40,000 nucleotides of DNA from Jejubacter calystegiae (GTDB lineage Bacteria; Pseudomonadota; Gammaproteobacteria; Enterobacterales; Enterobacteriaceae): positions 4,558,185 through 4,598,184 of the forward strand of contig NZ_CP040428.1 in the NCBI RefSeq assembly GCF_005671395.1, written 5' to 3'. Positions 38,971 through 40,000 of this stretch are shown piece by piece; the first letter of the stretch is position 1, and each line of letters begins with the position of its first letter. The notes below the pieces were generated by a model. That model saw only the letters and a program-made list of their open reading frames with translations. It ran no database searches and was not told the origin of the DNA. A program made the translations under genes and the position numbers.

Positions 38971-40000
38971 TTACCAGTTATGAATATCGCTAGCCGTATC
39001 GGTCATATAGCGGACACCGCTGATGGTCGGCAGCAGCTGACTGACCAGACGGTTCCAGCGAGCCACCGGTGCAGTGGTGACATAAACCACGTCATAAGGC
39101 TGCAGACGGAAGTTGGTCGCCATAATCAACGACGTGGCGTCGGACATATCCAGCTGGTAGACGCTGGCGATCTTGCCGTTGCGGTCGTTGTTCAACGGAC
39201 GGATAACGAAGATGCCGGTGGCGTCGGAGGTGGTCATATCGATACCTTCCGCCGAGCCCAGCGCTTCGGTCAGGGTCATACCGCTGAAGTCCATCTTCAG
39301 GGTGCTCTGTTTCTTCACTTCGCCCATAACGAAGACTTTCAGATCGTCATTACGCGGTACGTAGAGAATATCGCCCGGATACAGCAAGTGGTTCTGGCTG
39401 AGGTCGCCATTCTGCATCAGCGCCTGCAGAGAGATGCGCTGCTCTTTACCGTTGTGGGTTAGTACCACATTGCGCCAGTCGGCGTTTTCGGTCAGGCCGC
39501 CCGCGGCGTTAATGGCGTCCAGTATCGTCAGCGGCACGTTGGTGATCGCCTGCTGGCCAGACTTCTGAACCTGGCCGGAAATATAGGCTTTCTGGGAACG
39601 GAAGGCCGCGACGTTCACGTCAACCTGGGGATCGGCGATATAGGAGGCAAGGCGACCAGTAATCTGATCGCGAATCTCCGCCAGGGTTTTGCCTGCGACG
39701 TGGACCTTACCGATATAGGGATAGAACACCGAACCATCGGCCTGGACCCAGTTACCGGTATCGCTTGAACTACGATACTGACCCGCCGGGGTGGTCAGTT
39801 CCGGGTGGTCCCAGACGGTGACGTTCAGCACGTCCCCAGGACCGACACGATATTGATAACCCGCGATTTCCTGTTCCAGTCCCGCATTCGGCTGCGCGAC
39901 ATTAGGACGCGGACGCAGCTGCTCCACCAGCCTTGGCGTTAACGGATAAACATTTACCATCCGGTCAACATCAAAATCTGAATCCTGCTGTTTGACAACA
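38971..40000 (-). CDS. wza: Outer-membrane polysaccharide export lipoprotein Wza (OPX), N-terminal ~40 codons lie beyond the window end
   Basis: The frame stays open to the window edge (..[33 protein letters not shown]...[20 protein letters not shown]...[11 protein letters not shown]). It is colinear with E. coli Wza residues ~38-379. The ORF-track Met at 39960 is internal. Confidence 0.95.
   Translation of the reverse strand, partial: VVKQQDSDFDVDRMVNVYPLTPRLVEQLRPRPNVAQPNAGLEQEIAGYQYRVGPGDVLNVTVWDHPELTTPAGQYRSSSDTGNWVQADGSVFYPYIGKVHVAGKTLAEIRDQITGRLASYIADPQVDVNVAAFRSQKAYISGQVQKSGQQAITNVPLTILDAINAAGGLTENADWRNVVLTHNGKEQRISLQALMQNGDLSQNHLLYPGDILYVPRNDDLKVFVMGEVKKQSTLKMDFSGMTLTEALGSAEGIDMTTSDATGIFVIRPLNNDRNGKIASVYQLDMSDATSLIMATNFRLQPYDVVYVTTAPVARWNRLVSQLLPTISGVRYMTDTASDIHNW

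Noticed and set aside
1307-39931. Chi sites (GCTGGTGG). By eye I found at least eight on the - strand (ccaccagc at 1307, 3966, 16569, 20654, 21468, 22005, 38420, 39924) and two on the + strand (12721, 38289).
   Set aside because: The density (about 1 per 4-5 kb) and the strand bias toward the direction of most genes are what is expected for an enterobacterial chromosome arm. My scan was manual and may be incomplete. Nothing suggests a special recombination hotspot beyond normal.

Overview
This window is the classic enterobacterial his / O-antigen / colanic-acid chromosomal segment. All homology calls come from reading the translations and from my memory of E. coli K-12 and O157 proteins. No search was run. 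The + strand carries only the 3' end of the his operon (hisA fragment, hisF, hisIE). Everything else is on the - strand. In window order these are: wzzB; gnd; an AT-rich ~10 kb Wzx/Wzy-type O-antigen cluster (transcribed rmlB-rmlD-rmlA-rmlC-wzx-wzy-GT2-tagD-GT2-tagF-like-GT2) preceded by a textbook JUMPstart/ops element; galF; a gne/gnu-type 4-epimerase; and a complete, canonically ordered 20-gene colanic acid cluster (wza partial at the window edge, wzb, wzc, wcaA-F, gmd, fcl, gmm, wcaI, cpsB, cpsG, wcaJ, wzxC, wcaK, wcaL, wcaM). The backbone is GC-rich (hand-counted sample lines ~55-58% GC), so this is not E. coli K-12 itself but a related Enterobacteriaceae member. I cannot assign a genus. 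I see no tRNA or rRNA, CRISPR array, transposase, integrase, phage gene or recognisable defence or toxin system. The only accessory region is the O-antigen locus. Points worth a second look: (1) a teichoic-acid-type CDP-glycerol module (TagD plus a TagB/TagF-family glycerophosphotransferase) inside the O-antigen cluster, predicting a glycerol-phosphate-containing, rhamnose-containing O unit, possibly of an untyped serogroup; (2) ugd is absent from the gnd-wzzB interval although the intact colanic acid pathway needs UDP-GlcA; (3) a family of GC-rich palindromic units in colanic-operon spacers, one of which supplies the C-terminal codons of wzxC; (4) many A8-A9/T8 homopolymer tracts in the O-antigen genes, four of them in wzy. 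I found no convincing evidence of a wholly new system beyond these.
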